Shown piece after piece: positions 40,493 to 50,860 of a stretch of DNA of 64,000 nucleotides. Positions within the stretch are counted from its first letter, which is position 1. Every line of letters begins with the position of its first letter. Below the pieces are notes generated by a model. The model saw only the letters and a program-made list of their open reading frames with translations. It was not told the origin of the DNA and searched no databases. Source of the DNA: Ignavibacteria bacterium (GTDB lineage: Bacteria > Bacteroidota > Ignavibacteria > Kapaibacteriales > UBA2268). The stretch spans positions 72,985 through 136,984 of the forward strand of contig JAOADV010000002.1 in the NCBI GenBank assembly GCA_026417135.1, written 5' to 3'. The position numbers and the translations under genes were made by a program.

Positions 40493-42436
40493 CTAATATT
40501 CTTGAACAACTATCAAGGCGAAACCTTTTGTTTCGTTGCCCGAAAAAACAAGAGTGTAATTTTTTCCAAAAGTCAAATGAATGTCGTTAAATTGAGATAA
40601 AAGCTTCGACCTATTTTCATCGAAGACAAAAAGTGAAAATTTTCGTTCCAGGAATACCTTTTGAATTGCGGTAGCTTGTCCGTATGCAAGTCCACTAACT
40701 TCTATGTATCCAGTTTCACTGCCCGAGCGAAAAGAAATTGTTGTATTCGATTTATAAGCATTAAGGAAACGTCGTCTGTAAGAACCAAATTCTTGTCCCA
40801 TTTGCTTATGTGAAATATCAAAGATGTCTAAATTTTGTTTGTCGCCAGCTATAACAAGCAGCCCTCGCTCCTCGACTTCAGGGTGGAAAGATAAGATGAC
40901 AGAGTTTACAGATATGTTAGTTAGTTCCATAGGGATGACAGTTGCAAATGTCTCTTTGTAAAGGATTTTTCCCGATTCAATTATCTTTGGTATTTCAATC
41001 CTAATTTCATTAAACTCGGGGTTGGCATTTAGTATTTGTAAAAAGTATCCATTTTGAAGATTGGATATTTTCGATTCTTCTTGATTTTCAGAAATTAGTG
41101 CAAATTTTATTTCGTTATTTTGGTTTTTGTATATCACCAAGAAATATAAGCCACCTTCGGTAATATTTCCAAAAGCTGTTTCTAAAAGAACATTTGGTTC
41201 TCTGGAAAGGAATAATGTGAGTGGGAGCGGTCCTTTTTCAATGATTGCAGGTTCTGAGACTTTACCAAAGGGTAGATTTGAAGCAAGAATTTCACCAGCA
41301 ACATACCCCCTTGAATTATTGCGATGTCTTCCTCCTAATGACAAAGTTATGGTAGTTTGAGAATCCAATGCATTTACTACTTGAATAGCTACTTTGTTGC
41401 CAAGTTGAGCCCGAAGTTGGAGCGAAGGCAAAAGAAACAACTTTTTATTTTTTCCACTTTCGTTTACTATTATAAGAGAATACCTTTTATTAACTTCAAA
41501 AGAATATCCAATGAAAAGATTTTCGTTTGCTGTGGTAATGCTGAGAGTATCTAAGAGACTCGACTCGCAAGCATTGATTGGATAATATTTCCCAATTTGG
41601 TTTGGTTCAAAGTTCGATGTAATTTCAATTGATGGATGTTTATAAATATCAATATAATCATCTGTTAGATTGATTGGTCGAACAAATGACTTTCTTTCCG
41701 CTAATGGTGGCAGTATTTGTAATTCGTTTGCGACCGTATCGTAATCGTCGTAAATGAACATATTAATGGAGTTGTCTTTGTTTTTTGCAAGAAGTAATGT
41801 ATATTCTTTATCTTCCTCGAAATTCATTTCGTAAGTATTAAATAAAGAAGACTTTCCATCTTTTTGAAAAATTACTGAAAAAGTTAGTTTACCATTGTTT
41901 ACGGTTTTCAAAAATGGGAACGAAAAATATGGTACATTCTGAAGAAGAGGTGTCCCATTTGGACAACCTTCGACTATCGAAACATTTAAAGTGGAATCTT
42001 TTAACAAGTTGACAAATTTAAAATAGGATTTCCCTTGTTTTTTGGGTAACCCGTAAGTAGTTGTAATCGTAAGAAATGTATCGACGAATCCATTTGAACG
42101 AAAGCTTTCCCCAGCAATTATCAAATACTTGGTTTCTCGAATAATACGGATTTTTCGAAAAGGCTGGTAAACATTTGTTTGGTCTTGAAAAAATTTGATG
42201 GAAATTGAATCGAAAGGTGGTGGGGTAATTCCTTGACTTAACTTTAGATATCCAATGGATTCAGTTTTTATTGGTCCGTCTATTTCTAAAGAGATGCTCT
42301 GGCTTGAAGGTACAGCATTTAAGAGACGGATTTTAACATTTTGATTTGTTAAAGGTGGATTTATTAATAAAGGGTTCTCTTTGGCACAGCCAAACAAGTA
42401 TATTAGAACTAATACGAACAGATTTATTCTTTTCAT
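40493..42436 (-). CDS. hypothetical lipoprotein (647 aa)
   Basis: Signal peptide with lipobox LIYLFGCAKE. Beta-rich composition. No catalytic motif recognised. Sits between the vWA and S8 genes on the same strand. Confidence 0.4.
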   Translation of the reverse strand: MKRINLFVLVLIYLFGCAKENPLLINPPLTNQNVKIRLLNAVPSSQSISLEIDGPIKTESIGYLKLSQGITPPPFDSISIKFFQDQTNVYQPFRKIRIIRETKYLIIAGESFRSNGFVDTFLTITTTYGLPKKQGKSYFKFVNLLKDSTLNVSIVEGCPNGTPLLQNVPYFSFPFLKTVNNGKLTFSVIFQKDGKSSLFNTYEMNFEEDKEYTLLLAKNKDNSINMFIYDDYDTVANELQILPPLAERKSFVRPINLTDDYIDIYKHPSIEITSNFEPNQIGKYYPINACESSLLDTLSITTANENLFIGYSFEVNKRYSLIIVNESGKNKKLFLLPSLQLRAQLGNKVAIQVVNALDSQTTITLSLGGRHRNNSRGYVAGEILASNLPFGKVSEPAIIEKGPLPLTLFLSREPNVLLETAFGNITEGGLYFLVIYKNQNNEIKFALISENQEESKISNLQNGYFLQILNANPEFNEIRIEIPKIIESGKILYKETFATVIPMELTNISVNSVILSFHPEVEERGLLVIAGDKQNLDIFDISHKQMGQEFGSYRRRFLNAYKSNTTISFRSGSETGYIEVSGLAYGQATAIQKVFLERKFSLFVFDENRSKLLSQFNDIHLTFGKNYTLVFSGNETKGFALIVVQEY

Positions 42437-42518
42437 CTAAATTTTCGAAAAAGCAAAATTAAAAACAAAATCTGTTTAGATTCGACAACCAAAAGCAAAG
42501 TATTTAAAATGAAAATCA

Positions 42519-45500
42519 TCAATTTCTAATAATAAAGCTTCTTGTTATTGCTATTGTACCAGAACTCATTCGTATGAAATAAAGTCCATTTGGAAATTCC
42601 ATTGTATTGATAGGGAATTTGTAATTACCTTTCCGAGTCTCACCATCGAAAATTTCTGCAATTGGTTGACCAAGATAATTATAAATTTCAAGCTTAAGGT
42701 TACCGTCGAATGCTAATTCTACTTCGATTTCAAGATTACCAGATGCTGGGTTGGGAACAATTTCATAAAGTTTGTAGTTCTTGTCGGAAACTTCTACTAA
42801 TCTTCCTTCTGTAAAGCAAGTAACCAAATTGACGACTTGGGATTTTGGTTCAGGGACAAGGCATTGTCTTGCTTCTGGAAATTCAGCGGTCAAGATAATT
42901 TCTGGGTTATGTATGTCTGAAAGATATGTTTCGAATGTCATAGAGGAGGTAAAGTTTAATGGAGTTGTAATATTAGGTCCATTTCCATTGATGACATAGC
43001 CAAAGTTTGTCTTTTGCGTTGTCCAATTCCAACCGGGTAGTTCGCTTGTAAAGGAAATTAATTTTAGGTTTTTGAAAGGCACTTGCAAATTCAGCTGAAT
43101 TGAACTTAAATTCACTGAATGATTCTTTTGAACTTTCGTTATAAATGAAATTGTTAAATTTTTTGATACTTGGAACTTAGATTGGTTCATTTGATATGTT
43201 ATTTGAACTTTTTCGCTAAATGCCTTGCCTATTAAAGTAATCTGTTTTTCGCCAAACGTGGTTTTTATCGAAATAATCGCGTTTAGAGCTTGATTAACGT
43301 TTGCAGGAGCAAGTCGCACAACGACGTTGCCTTTTTCGCCGGGTTTAATTTTTTGTGGGTAATTCAAAATTTGAAAGTCAGCTGCATTGCTCCCAAGAAC
43401 ATTAACTTCAAGAACTTGTTGTTCGATGTTCATTTGAGAATTGTCAATTTCGATTATTAAGTCCTTTAATTGGCATATAGACACCTCTCCAAAATCTAAG
43501 GTGTCTGGATACGCAAGGACCCCTAACCCCAACCCGTGAATGATAACTGTGTCGTTTACTATTGGCTTGTTATTCGGGCCTGGTGCAGCATCGTTTTTTA
43601 TTATAGCGGAAACTCTTCTAATGCCAGGTACATTAGGGGTAAATTCAATTGGAATTGCAACTGAGCCGTGATTTTTGGGGACAATAAAGTTCGAAGTGAT
43701 TGCTCCACCTGCGAATTTAAATTCTGAAGTCGGTCCTAAAAGAACTTCCGTTATATATAAGTCCATTGACGTGCTTGGGTTAATAATGATTAAGTTTAAT
43801 GTGGATTTTGTACCAACTTGGACTGGTCCAAAGTCTACGTCTTCAGCTTGGATTTTTGGTAGCCCGCCTATTCCAGAAACTTGGAAACTTGGTTGGGTTG
43901 GAAAGTTTTGAATGCCAACTTGTATTTGGTTTTCTAAATATCCTTCAATTTGGGGATTAAATCTTATTCTAACTTGAATTGATTCATTTTGATTTAAAGT
44001 TGTAGGTAATGAAGTTTGTGGAGTAACTGAAAAATTGTCATCAGGAATATTTTGTAGACTAATGCTTTGTATTGTTAATGGAGCAGGTGTCGAATTGGTT
44101 ATTGAAATCAAAGTATCTGTAACAGTAAGAATTCTTCTTACATTAAATTCAACAGGTGGCAAAGGTAAGGCAGAAGGTATTCCTTCGCCCTTCAAATTTG
44201 TAGAAAATGTTCCACAATAACTTGGTATATTAAATTTCAAGATTGCTGTTTTATTACCGATAGAATGTGGTTTGAATTGAACTCTAAGACTTAGACATTC
44301 ACCCGGATTTAGGAGGAAAGGACCTGTTCCATCGACCAAAGAGAATTCTGTTGGATCTGAACCTTCAATAGATAAAGTGAATTCGAGCGGTACTGCTGTA
44401 GTGTTTTTAAAGATGCAAGTTTCCGTTTGTGTCTTCACATTTTGTACTGGAACTTTGCTAAAGTTGATTTCCTTTACAACTTCTCCACCACAAGGAGCAA
44501 CTAAAGTGATTGGGTCGGGTTGGCAAGGTGATGAGTTAATTTGAAAAATTGTTTGTTCCGATGCTGCTGGGGTGGTTTCGGTATAACGAATGTTGATTGT
44601 ATGGGTTTGGTCTTTCGAAAGTATAAAAGGTAATGTCTTACCGTTCCAATCTATTGAAAATTTAGTGGAAGGTAAGGAAAATGAATTGATGGTAAAATCA
44701 GTATTTTGGGCTGTTAAAGATAAACTTCGAATGGTAGTTCCAATTCCCGGAGCTCCAAATAACAGAAGTGAGTCGGAAAAGATAAGCTTTGCAATGCTCG
44801 TGGTCGGTGCAGTATAATCTGTAATAACTGAATCGGGAATTCTCTTGAAAATTGCTTTAATATTCCTTTTCCTACTTGATTGGTCGCACCCAAAAGGAGC
44901 AACCCACTGCAAATAACATATATTTCGACTTTGGATTTCTCCGACGATTTGTTTAAAAGCACTTATAAGAGCAGATTTCGAATTTATTTCGAAACTCCTT
45001 CCGCCAGTGTTTTGGCAAACTCTATCTATATCGGGATTTGTCGGTGTCGTAATAAAAAGCGAATAAACCTGAGCTTTTGCTCTTTTTGCTCTGGCAATAA
45101 CGGTATCAACTTTTGCACGTGTAAAAGGTCTTTCTGGGTAGCCGTCTGTTAAGAAAATAATAACACGACGCAAGTCCTTAGGTGCAGATTCCAAAAGTGG
45201 TATTGCTCCTAAAGGTGGCCATTCTTTGACAAATGGGGGATAAAAGTCTGTGGCGCCAGATGCCACTAATAGGTTAATGTTTAGCCAATCATACAAATCT
45301 TGTTTTTTTTCATATAAGGGGCTTGTTTTGTAAACGTCCCCGGCAAAAAGGACTATTCCAATAACCGACGGAGGGTCAAGTTTTATCGAGTCAAGGAATG
45401 CAAAAGCTCCTTGTTTAACCCAATCGATTCTTCGTTCGCCATTACCAGCGTCGGCATTCATAGATGTTGAAACATCGAGTACCAAGGCAACCGCAAGTTG

Positions 45501-45752
45501 TGGGAAAAAGTTTACCTTTTTACAGTCAACAACAAGAGTGTGGTTCAAACGCACGCCATTTTCGAAAAAGTCAAAGTCGTTTGGTTGTGGATTGGGATAA
45601 TCAATTCCAGCTTGAGTTTTTGCATAAAAAAGTGCCGACATTAAAGGAAAATTAGTAGTGTCAATCGAATATAGATTAAATTGCTGAGCAAATGCTATTT
45701 GGGAATAAAAAGTAAAAATTAACAATAATAGAAAACTGATTTTTCTTTTCAT
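42519..45752 (-). CDS. secreted vWA-domain protein with multiple Ig-like domains and T9SS C-terminal sorting domain (adhesin-like)
   Basis: Signal peptide. vWA MIDAS VALVLDVSTSMN plus ...IIFLTDGYPE. Long beta-rich repeats. C-terminal VPNPASGNLEIEV...NGLYFIRMSSGTIAITRSFIIRN matches the T9SS CTD. Confidence 0.65.
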   Translation of the reverse strand: MKRKISFLLLLIFTFYSQIAFAQQFNLYSIDTTNFPLMSALFYAKTQAGIDYPNPQPNDFDFFENGVRLNHTLVVDCKKVNFFPQLAVALVLDVSTSMNADAGNGERRIDWVKQGAFAFLDSIKLDPPSVIGIVLFAGDVYKTSPLYEKKQDLYDWLNINLLVASGATDFYPPFVKEWPPLGAIPLLESAPKDLRRVIIFLTDGYPERPFTRAKVDTVIARAKRAKAQVYSLFITTPTNPDIDRVCQNTGGRSFEINSKSALISAFKQIVGEIQSRNICYLQWVAPFGCDQSSRKRNIKAIFKRIPDSVITDYTAPTTSIAKLIFSDSLLLFGAPGIGTTIRSLSLTAQNTDFTINSFSLPSTKFSIDWNGKTLPFILSKDQTHTINIRYTETTPAASEQTIFQINSSPCQPDPITLVAPCGGEVVKEINFSKVPVQNVKTQTETCIFKNTTAVPLEFTLSIEGSDPTEFSLVDGTGPFLLNPGECLSLRVQFKPHSIGNKTAILKFNIPSYCGTFSTNLKGEGIPSALPLPPVEFNVRRILTVTDTLISITNSTPAPLTIQSISLQNIPDDNFSVTPQTSLPTTLNQNESIQVRIRFNPQIEGYLENQIQVGIQNFPTQPSFQVSGIGGLPKIQAEDVDFGPVQVGTKSTLNLIIINPSTSMDLYITEVLLGPTSEFKFAGGAITSNFIVPKNHGSVAIPIEFTPNVPGIRRVSAIIKNDAAPGPNNKPIVNDTVIIHGLGLGVLAYPDTLDFGEVSICQLKDLIIEIDNSQMNIEQQVLEVNVLGSNAADFQILNYPQKIKPGEKGNVVVRLAPANVNQALNAIISIKTTFGEKQITLIGKAFSEKVQITYQMNQSKFQVSKNLTISFITKVQKNHSVNLSSIQLNLQVPFKNLKLISFTSELPGWNWTTQKTNFGYVINGNGPNITTPLNFTSSMTFETYLSDIHNPEIILTAEFPEARQCLVPEPKSQVVNLVTCFTEGRLVEVSDKNYKLYEIVPNPASGNLEIEVELAFDGNLKLEIYNYLGQPIAEIFDGETRKGNYKFPINTMEFPNGLYFIRMSSGTIAITRSFIIRN

Positions 45753-45936
45753 TTTTGCCTCATATATATTAGCATACTAATATCATTGACGATTTATTTA
45801 TAATGATGATTGATTTTTACCAGCTCAAAATTAAATATAAAAAAAATTTTGGAAAATAAATATTGTAGTTAAACGAATGTAAAAAATAAAAGATAAACAA
45901 TGTAGTTTTAATTATTACATTCAAAAATAACAATCT

Positions 45937-47166
45937 ATGAGAGTTTTGGCTGGTATTATTTGCCTTTTCATAGGTCCGATAAATCTTTTTCCACAAAAAT
46001 GTGTTGATTTTCTAATTTACGATGGTTTGGAAAAAGTTTTAAAGTATTCAATCGACACTACAAGTAATTGGTACATTTTAACACAACCATACAGTGGAGA
46101 GCTTCGCTATATTATTTCTGGAGAAGAGACCGCAACATTCAAGGAGGTAACACCAATTGTTTTTTCACCCGATGGGACACGCTGGGCTTTTGCAGGGCGC
46201 GATAATACAAGTTGGCATATAGTTACTTCCGATACTTCTTTTCCGGTCTTTGCAGAAAAAATCATAGAACTTGGTTTTAGCAATAATTCTGAAATATTTT
46301 ATTATCTCATCCGAAATGGAATGGAAACTAAAATAAATTTCAATGGTCAAAATATTGACATTTTGAACTTTTATGGCAAAGTATTTATTAGTTACAACGG
46401 ACGCAAAGTTGCATTCGTTTTGCAAAAGGGTCGTTCGCAAAGCTTGGTTATACCAAATGAATTTATTTCTGAGGATTTCGACCAAGTTGCTCCTTTGGGA
46501 TTTTGGAATGATGAAAACTTTATCTACGCTGGTAGGAGAGGGCATTTTTGGCAGATTTACAAAAACTCTGAACCATTAGCTGAACAGTTCGTTGAACTAA
46601 TTGATATGAAAATCAATAGAGAAGGAAGTTCGGCGGTTTTTTTAATTCGCCGCAATGCATACGATGAACTCGCTGTTTTGTATTCGGATAAATATTCTGA
46701 ACCTATTTTTACTAAATCCTATCATTCTGTAAGTAATTTGTGTTTGCATCCAAGCGAACCATTGTTTGCATTTACTGCAACAAAGGATATAGATAGATTT
46801 ATTGTATATGGTGGAGCAGAATATCCACTTGGCCAATTCGAAGCTATGCCGTTTTTTACACACGATGGTAGTGAACTTTTTTATTGTTTTTGCCACATCG
46901 AATGCTATTTTTATGTTAATGGAAAAAGATTCACTTTACCAGGTGGTGTCAAATGCTTAAGTCAAATTGCACGAAAACCAAACACCAGCACTATTGCATA
47001 TACAAATAGTACTCACTTGGTTATGCTGAATTACTTTTCGAAAGTTCAATTTTCTGGTATTATGGTTGACGAAACATCACCAGTAATTTTCAACTATCGA
47101 ACCCAAAGGTACGAGGCACTTGGAAGAATTGGAAATAAAATTTATTTGTTAACCTGTAAACCTTAG
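45937..47166 (+). CDS. hypothetical exported protein, possible beta-propeller
   Basis: Signal-like N-terminus. FSPDGTRWAFAGRDNTSWHIV resembles PD40/TolB-type repeats. 409 aa. Confidence 0.35.
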   Translation: MRVLAGIICLFIGPINLFPQKCVDFLIYDGLEKVLKYSIDTTSNWYILTQPYSGELRYIISGEETATFKEVTPIVFSPDGTRWAFAGRDNTSWHIVTSDTSFPVFAEKIIELGFSNNSEIFYYLIRNGMETKINFNGQNIDILNFYGKVFISYNGRKVAFVLQKGRSQSLVIPNEFISEDFDQVAPLGFWNDENFIYAGRRGHFWQIYKNSEPLAEQFVELIDMKINREGSSAVFLIRRNAYDELAVLYSDKYSEPIFTKSYHSVSNLCLHPSEPLFAFTATKDIDRFIVYGGAEYPLGQFEAMPFFTHDGSELFYCFCHIECYFYVNGKRFTLPGGVKCLSQIARKPNTSTIAYTNSTHLVMLNYFSKVQFSGIMVDETSPVIFNYRTQRYEALGRIGNKIYLLTCKP

Positions 47167-47990
47167 TTATTGAGGTTTTTACCTTTCCACTCACGCATTT
47201 GTAATGCGTACCTTAATTCTAAGCTTATTGTCCAAGAGTTTAGTTTGTAATCGATACCTCGATTAGTGTAATTTGTTAAAGGATGATAAAACGATAAATT
47301 AACTCCACCGAAAAAATTCTGGTAGATATGGAAATTACCGACAATTGAGTATATTAAACCAATTAAGAAGTTCTCTTGCAGTGGCACTTTGCCATTTTCT
47401 ATGACTGCTTGGTTTGAATTTTCTAGAGAAAGCTCGACAAGCTCTCCGTTTTCTAATCGGACTGTTTTTTGCAATAACTCTTTAGAGTGTACTAATTTTG
47501 TTGTTAGTGGAATGGAAACAGCTGGACCTAAGCGAAAGTGTAAGAACTCTAATGGGGCAAAATTTATAAAAGGGGAAAAAATCAAAAAGTTGAAGTTTAT
47601 CTCGAGTTTTTGTCTAAAGAGTACAGGGACATTAGAAAATTTTTCGCCAGTTTGACTTGTAAAGCTCAAAAGCTCCCTTTGTTTATAAGATGCAGTATTA
47701 TTAAGAAGAGTTGTTTGTAGAGTGCCTCCAATTTGAAAGTATCTATTAAGGTCTCTTTGAAAAATTATTCCAAATGAAGTTATATTGCCTATTCCTTTCC
47801 TGAAATTGGGACATTCGCAGGATGCAATAAATTCACCAGTTTGCCAATTTGTTCCAAAGCCAAAGGTAATACCTAACTCTGTTTGTTTTGGTCCTTTTCC
47901 CGGCCCTAAGGGCGAAGGAATATCTTCAATCTGAGAGTAAGTATTAACTGAAGATAAAATAAAGCATAAAAAAATAATTAATTTTGACAT
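47163..47990 (-). CDS. hypothetical exported, outer-membrane beta-barrel-like protein
   Basis: Signal peptide MSKLIIFLCFILSSVNTYSQ at an internal Met. The track start at 48098 would overlap rsmB. Amphipathic beta-strand alternation. No terminal aromatic residue. Confidence 0.3.
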   Translation of the reverse strand: MSKLIIFLCFILSSVNTYSQIEDIPSPLGPGKGPKQTELGITFGFGTNWQTGEFIASCECPNFRKGIGNITSFGIIFQRDLNRYFQIGGTLQTTLLNNTASYKQRELLSFTSQTGEKFSNVPVLFRQKLEINFNFLIFSPFINFAPLEFLHFRLGPAVSIPLTTKLVHSKELLQKTVRLENGELVELSLENSNQAVIENGKVPLQENFLIGLIYSIVGNFHIYQNFFGGVNLSFYHPLTNYTNRGIDYKLNSWTISLELRYALQMREWKGKNLNN

Positions 47991-48021
47991 TTTATATTTT
48001 GTTTTATGCAAAAGTAATATA

Positions 48022-49425
48022 ATGGATACTGCCCTCGAAAACGAAAACAAAAATAGTAATAATTCGACTGAAAACAAAAATTGTTTCGAACAGGTCAAAA
48101 CAGTAAGAGAAACAGCAATTCAAATTCTTAATCGATTTGAAAGGAGCGATTCTTATATAGAAAAACTAATTGACAAAGCAATTCGAGAGAGCAATTTTAA
48201 TGAACTTGACCGGGCATTATTGACAGAATTGGTTTATGGGGTTGTAAGATGGAAAGCAAAGCTCGATTATGTTTTAGTTGGGTTCTATTTTGGGGATTAC
48301 TTGAAGTGTTTGAATGTCGTAAAAAATGCGATGAGAGTAGCTCTATACCAAATAATGTTTCTCGATAAAATACCTTTGTACGCAGCAGTTAACGAATCTG
48401 TTGAATATGTTAAGAGGATTCAAGGAGAAAAGACAGCTGGAATTGTAAATGCTGTTTTGAGAAACATCGCCCGGAATATCGACAATATTCGATATCCAAC
48501 AAGAGAAGAAGACCTTGTTTATCACCTTGCTGTTATGTATTCTTATCCACGATGGATTGTCAAACGTTGGCTTGAGTACTTCGGTGAAATAGAAGCAGAG
48601 AAAATGCTTTTTGCGAGCAATAGGCGACCTTATTTAACAATTCGCACGAATACCTTAAAAACGACATCAGAAGAAATTGTAGGAAGACTAAATAGTTTAA
48701 AGCTACATTATTTCGTTTCTCCATACAACCCAGATTCTTTTGTTTTACGCAACCCTAAGTTTAATATTCTTAAAACCGACCTTGTTACCGATGGTCTTGT
48801 AGTGGTCCAAGATACGAGTGCAACCCTTGCTGCCTTACTCGCCTCCCCAGAGCCAAATAGTTTGGTCTATGACCTTTGCGCCGCACCGGGTGGAAAAAGC
48901 TTTCTTTTAGCTGAATTGATGAAAAACACTGGGAAAGTGATTGCTATGGATAAATATTCTTCGAAGCTGCAAATGATTGTCGAAGGAGTAAAGCGGTTGG
49001 GGTTGCAAAATATTGAAACAAGGACAGGTGATGCAATAAATGTAAAATTCAATGAGCTTGCGGATATTGTTTTTTTAGATGTTCCTTGCTCTGGGTTAGG
49101 AACAATTGCTAAAAATCCAGATATTAAATGGAAAAAGGAAAGAGAAGATATATACAGATTAGCCGAGACGCAAAAGAAAATACTTGCCAATGCTGTTAAT
49201 TTTGTTAAGCCCGGTGGGGTAATAATATATTCCACTTGTACAACTGAACCAGAAGAGAACGAATTAAATATCGAATGGTTCCTATCGAACTATCCTAATT
49301 TCGAGCTCGAACCAGCAGAAAACTTTCTCCCACCAGCGGTTTGCGATGGAGGATTTTTAAGGACATTGCCCTCAAGACATCACATTGATGGGGCTTTCGC
49401 AGCTAGATTGAAAAGGACAAGTTAA
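48022..49425 (+). CDS. rsmB: 16S rRNA (cytosine967-C5)-methyltransferase RsmB/Sun family
   Basis: N-terminal NusB-like domain. SAM-MTase motifs DLCAAPGGKS, FLDVPCSGLG. Catalytic TCT. 467 aa. Confidence 0.85.
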   Translation: MDTALENENKNSNNSTENKNCFEQVKTVRETAIQILNRFERSDSYIEKLIDKAIRESNFNELDRALLTELVYGVVRWKAKLDYVLVGFYFGDYLKCLNVVKNAMRVALYQIMFLDKIPLYAAVNESVEYVKRIQGEKTAGIVNAVLRNIARNIDNIRYPTREEDLVYHLAVMYSYPRWIVKRWLEYFGEIEAEKMLFASNRRPYLTIRTNTLKTTSEEIVGRLNSLKLHYFVSPYNPDSFVLRNPKFNILKTDLVTDGLVVVQDTSATLAALLASPEPNSLVYDLCAAPGGKSFLLAELMKNTGKVIAMDKYSSKLQMIVEGVKRLGLQNIETRTGDAINVKFNELADIVFLDVPCSGLGTIAKNPDIKWKKEREDIYRLAETQKKILANAVNFVKPGGVIIYSTCTTEPEENELNIEWFLSNYPNFELEPAENFLPPAVCDGGFLRTLPSRHHIDGAFAARLKRTS

Positions 49426-50321
49426 CTTATTTTGATTTTCCTTTTAATGTTCAAATAATTTTTTAGCGCGGTCTTGTTGCTTGTCGTTGTGTAACAGTAA
49501 ACACAATTGAAGATACAAGAATTGTAGAAGCCGATGTCTATGCTTTCGTAACAAGTACATTCATTTCGAGAAGGCTTTATTTTATAATCTTCTAAGTTGA
49601 TGTTATAAAAGTGTGTAGGTTTAACACAACTTGCGTTAGAGATTCCTAATTGCTTTGAAATTTTACTTTCGCAACATAGTTCTAATTTTATTCCAAAACT
49701 TTTGGCAATTTTATCCAATTGGGTTATTATTTCTATTTGCTTGTGATTGGAAATATTCGAAAGTTTTAAGTTATCATAAGTTTTTAACTTCTTGATAACT
49801 TTTGGATAAAGGTCAACAAAACTTGTAATACAACTATCAGTTTTCTCAGATAACTTTTCGCAAAGAAAATGGAAGTTTTCGATAATAAAACTTTCGGGCG
49901 TAATGTTTGTTATGATAATAGGGTCGAACCGCCATCGAATGTATTTCTTCCCATATCGTTCAGCGAAAAAATCTGTTAAATTTAAAACTCTCGACAAATT
50001 AGGTTTGAAATTTTCAAGCGGAGATGGATAATTTGTAATTGTTAAATTCAAGTAATGATTTTTTTCGACGATATCTTCAATTAAGTTAATATATTTAATC
50101 AAGCCAATAGGATATCTGCTCCAAAAGACGAAACCAGCAACATCATTTGGTTTTAGGCTAATTCTTTCGATTTTCCGAATAAAAGGATGAACAACATCGA
50201 CATAGCCTTTTTTCAATTGTATTGCAAGCCAATCGCAAAAAAAAGCGGGTATATCTGTTCTTCGACTAATTGAAATTATTTGCTTTTTTGTGTAGGGCGA
50301 AAGGTCTAAGTTATCAGACAT
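49422..50321 (-). CDS. DUF1848-like protein with C-terminal cysteine cluster (Cx3Cx2C)
   Basis: ISISRRTDIPAFF... and RFDPII blocks that I recall as DUF1848. C-terminus CTCYESIDIGFYNSCIFNCVYCYTT carries a radical-SAM-type Cx3Cx2C triad. Lies directly downstream of the SUF operon on the same strand. Confidence 0.45.
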   Translation of the reverse strand: MSDNLDLSPYTKKQIISISRRTDIPAFFCDWLAIQLKKGYVDVVHPFIRKIERISLKPNDVAGFVFWSRYPIGLIKYINLIEDIVEKNHYLNLTITNYPSPLENFKPNLSRVLNLTDFFAERYGKKYIRWRFDPIIITNITPESFIIENFHFLCEKLSEKTDSCITSFVDLYPKVIKKLKTYDNLKLSNISNHKQIEIITQLDKIAKSFGIKLELCCESKISKQLGISNASCVKPTHFYNINLEDYKIKPSRNECTCYESIDIGFYNSCIFNCVYCYTTTSNKTALKNYLNIKRKIKIS

Positions 50322-50437
50322 TCGTTACAATTAGGTATAAACACTTTTTGATTTAATTTGGTTAATTTTCTTGGCTAAAAAAACAAAGAGCATACAAACC
50401 GAACCACGAAAAAGAATTTGATTCAGAGATTTTTAAA

Positions 50438-50833
50438 TTATTCTTTACATCCGCAAGTATGCTGATTATTTGGATTCGAAAAAACAAAGCCACGACCATA
50501 AGATTCATCAACAAAGTCGAGCGTAACGCCCATAAGATAAAAAAGGCTTCTTCTATCAATTACTATTCTTTGGTTTCTTACGAAAAATTCCCTATCGTCT
50601 TCTTCGTCGAATTCCGTATCGAACCCGAGAGAATAATTGAAACCAGAGCAGCCCCCACCTTGAACGCCCATCCTTAAAAAGTAATTTTCTGGAACATTGT
50701 TAATTTTTCGAATTTGTTCGACCATATCTAAAGCACGGATGGAAATAAGTATGTCGTCGGATTCAGTGGCACCATCTATGCCAGTCGAAATTCTTTCGCA
50801 AATTATTTCTGGATGGTTATTTCTTTCGTTCAT
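50438..50833 (-). CDS. A-type Fe-S carrier (HesB/IscA/SufA family)
   Basis: MGVQGGGCSGFNY motif plus C-terminal ...NPNNQHTCGCKE. Carries an N-terminal ~28-aa extension. Confidence 0.7.
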   Translation of the reverse strand: MNERNNHPEIICERISTGIDGATESDDILISIRALDMVEQIRKINNVPENYFLRMGVQGGGCSGFNYSLGFDTEFDEEDDREFFVRNQRIVIDRRSLFYLMGVTLDFVDESYGRGFVFSNPNNQHTCGCKE

Positions 50834-50860
50834 ATAATCTCCATAGAATGTAACACAAAG

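Noticed and set aside
47991-48098. Upstream extension of the minus-strand exported protein that overlaps the rsmB start
   Set aside because: A clear signal peptide begins at the internal Met (47990). The extension would overlap the divergent rsmB coding start.
50362-50559. 65-aa minus-strand ORF in the iscA-DUF1848 junction
   Set aside because: It overlaps the 3' end of the A-type carrier gene in another frame, and its composition is hydrophobic and low-complexity. Likely spurious.
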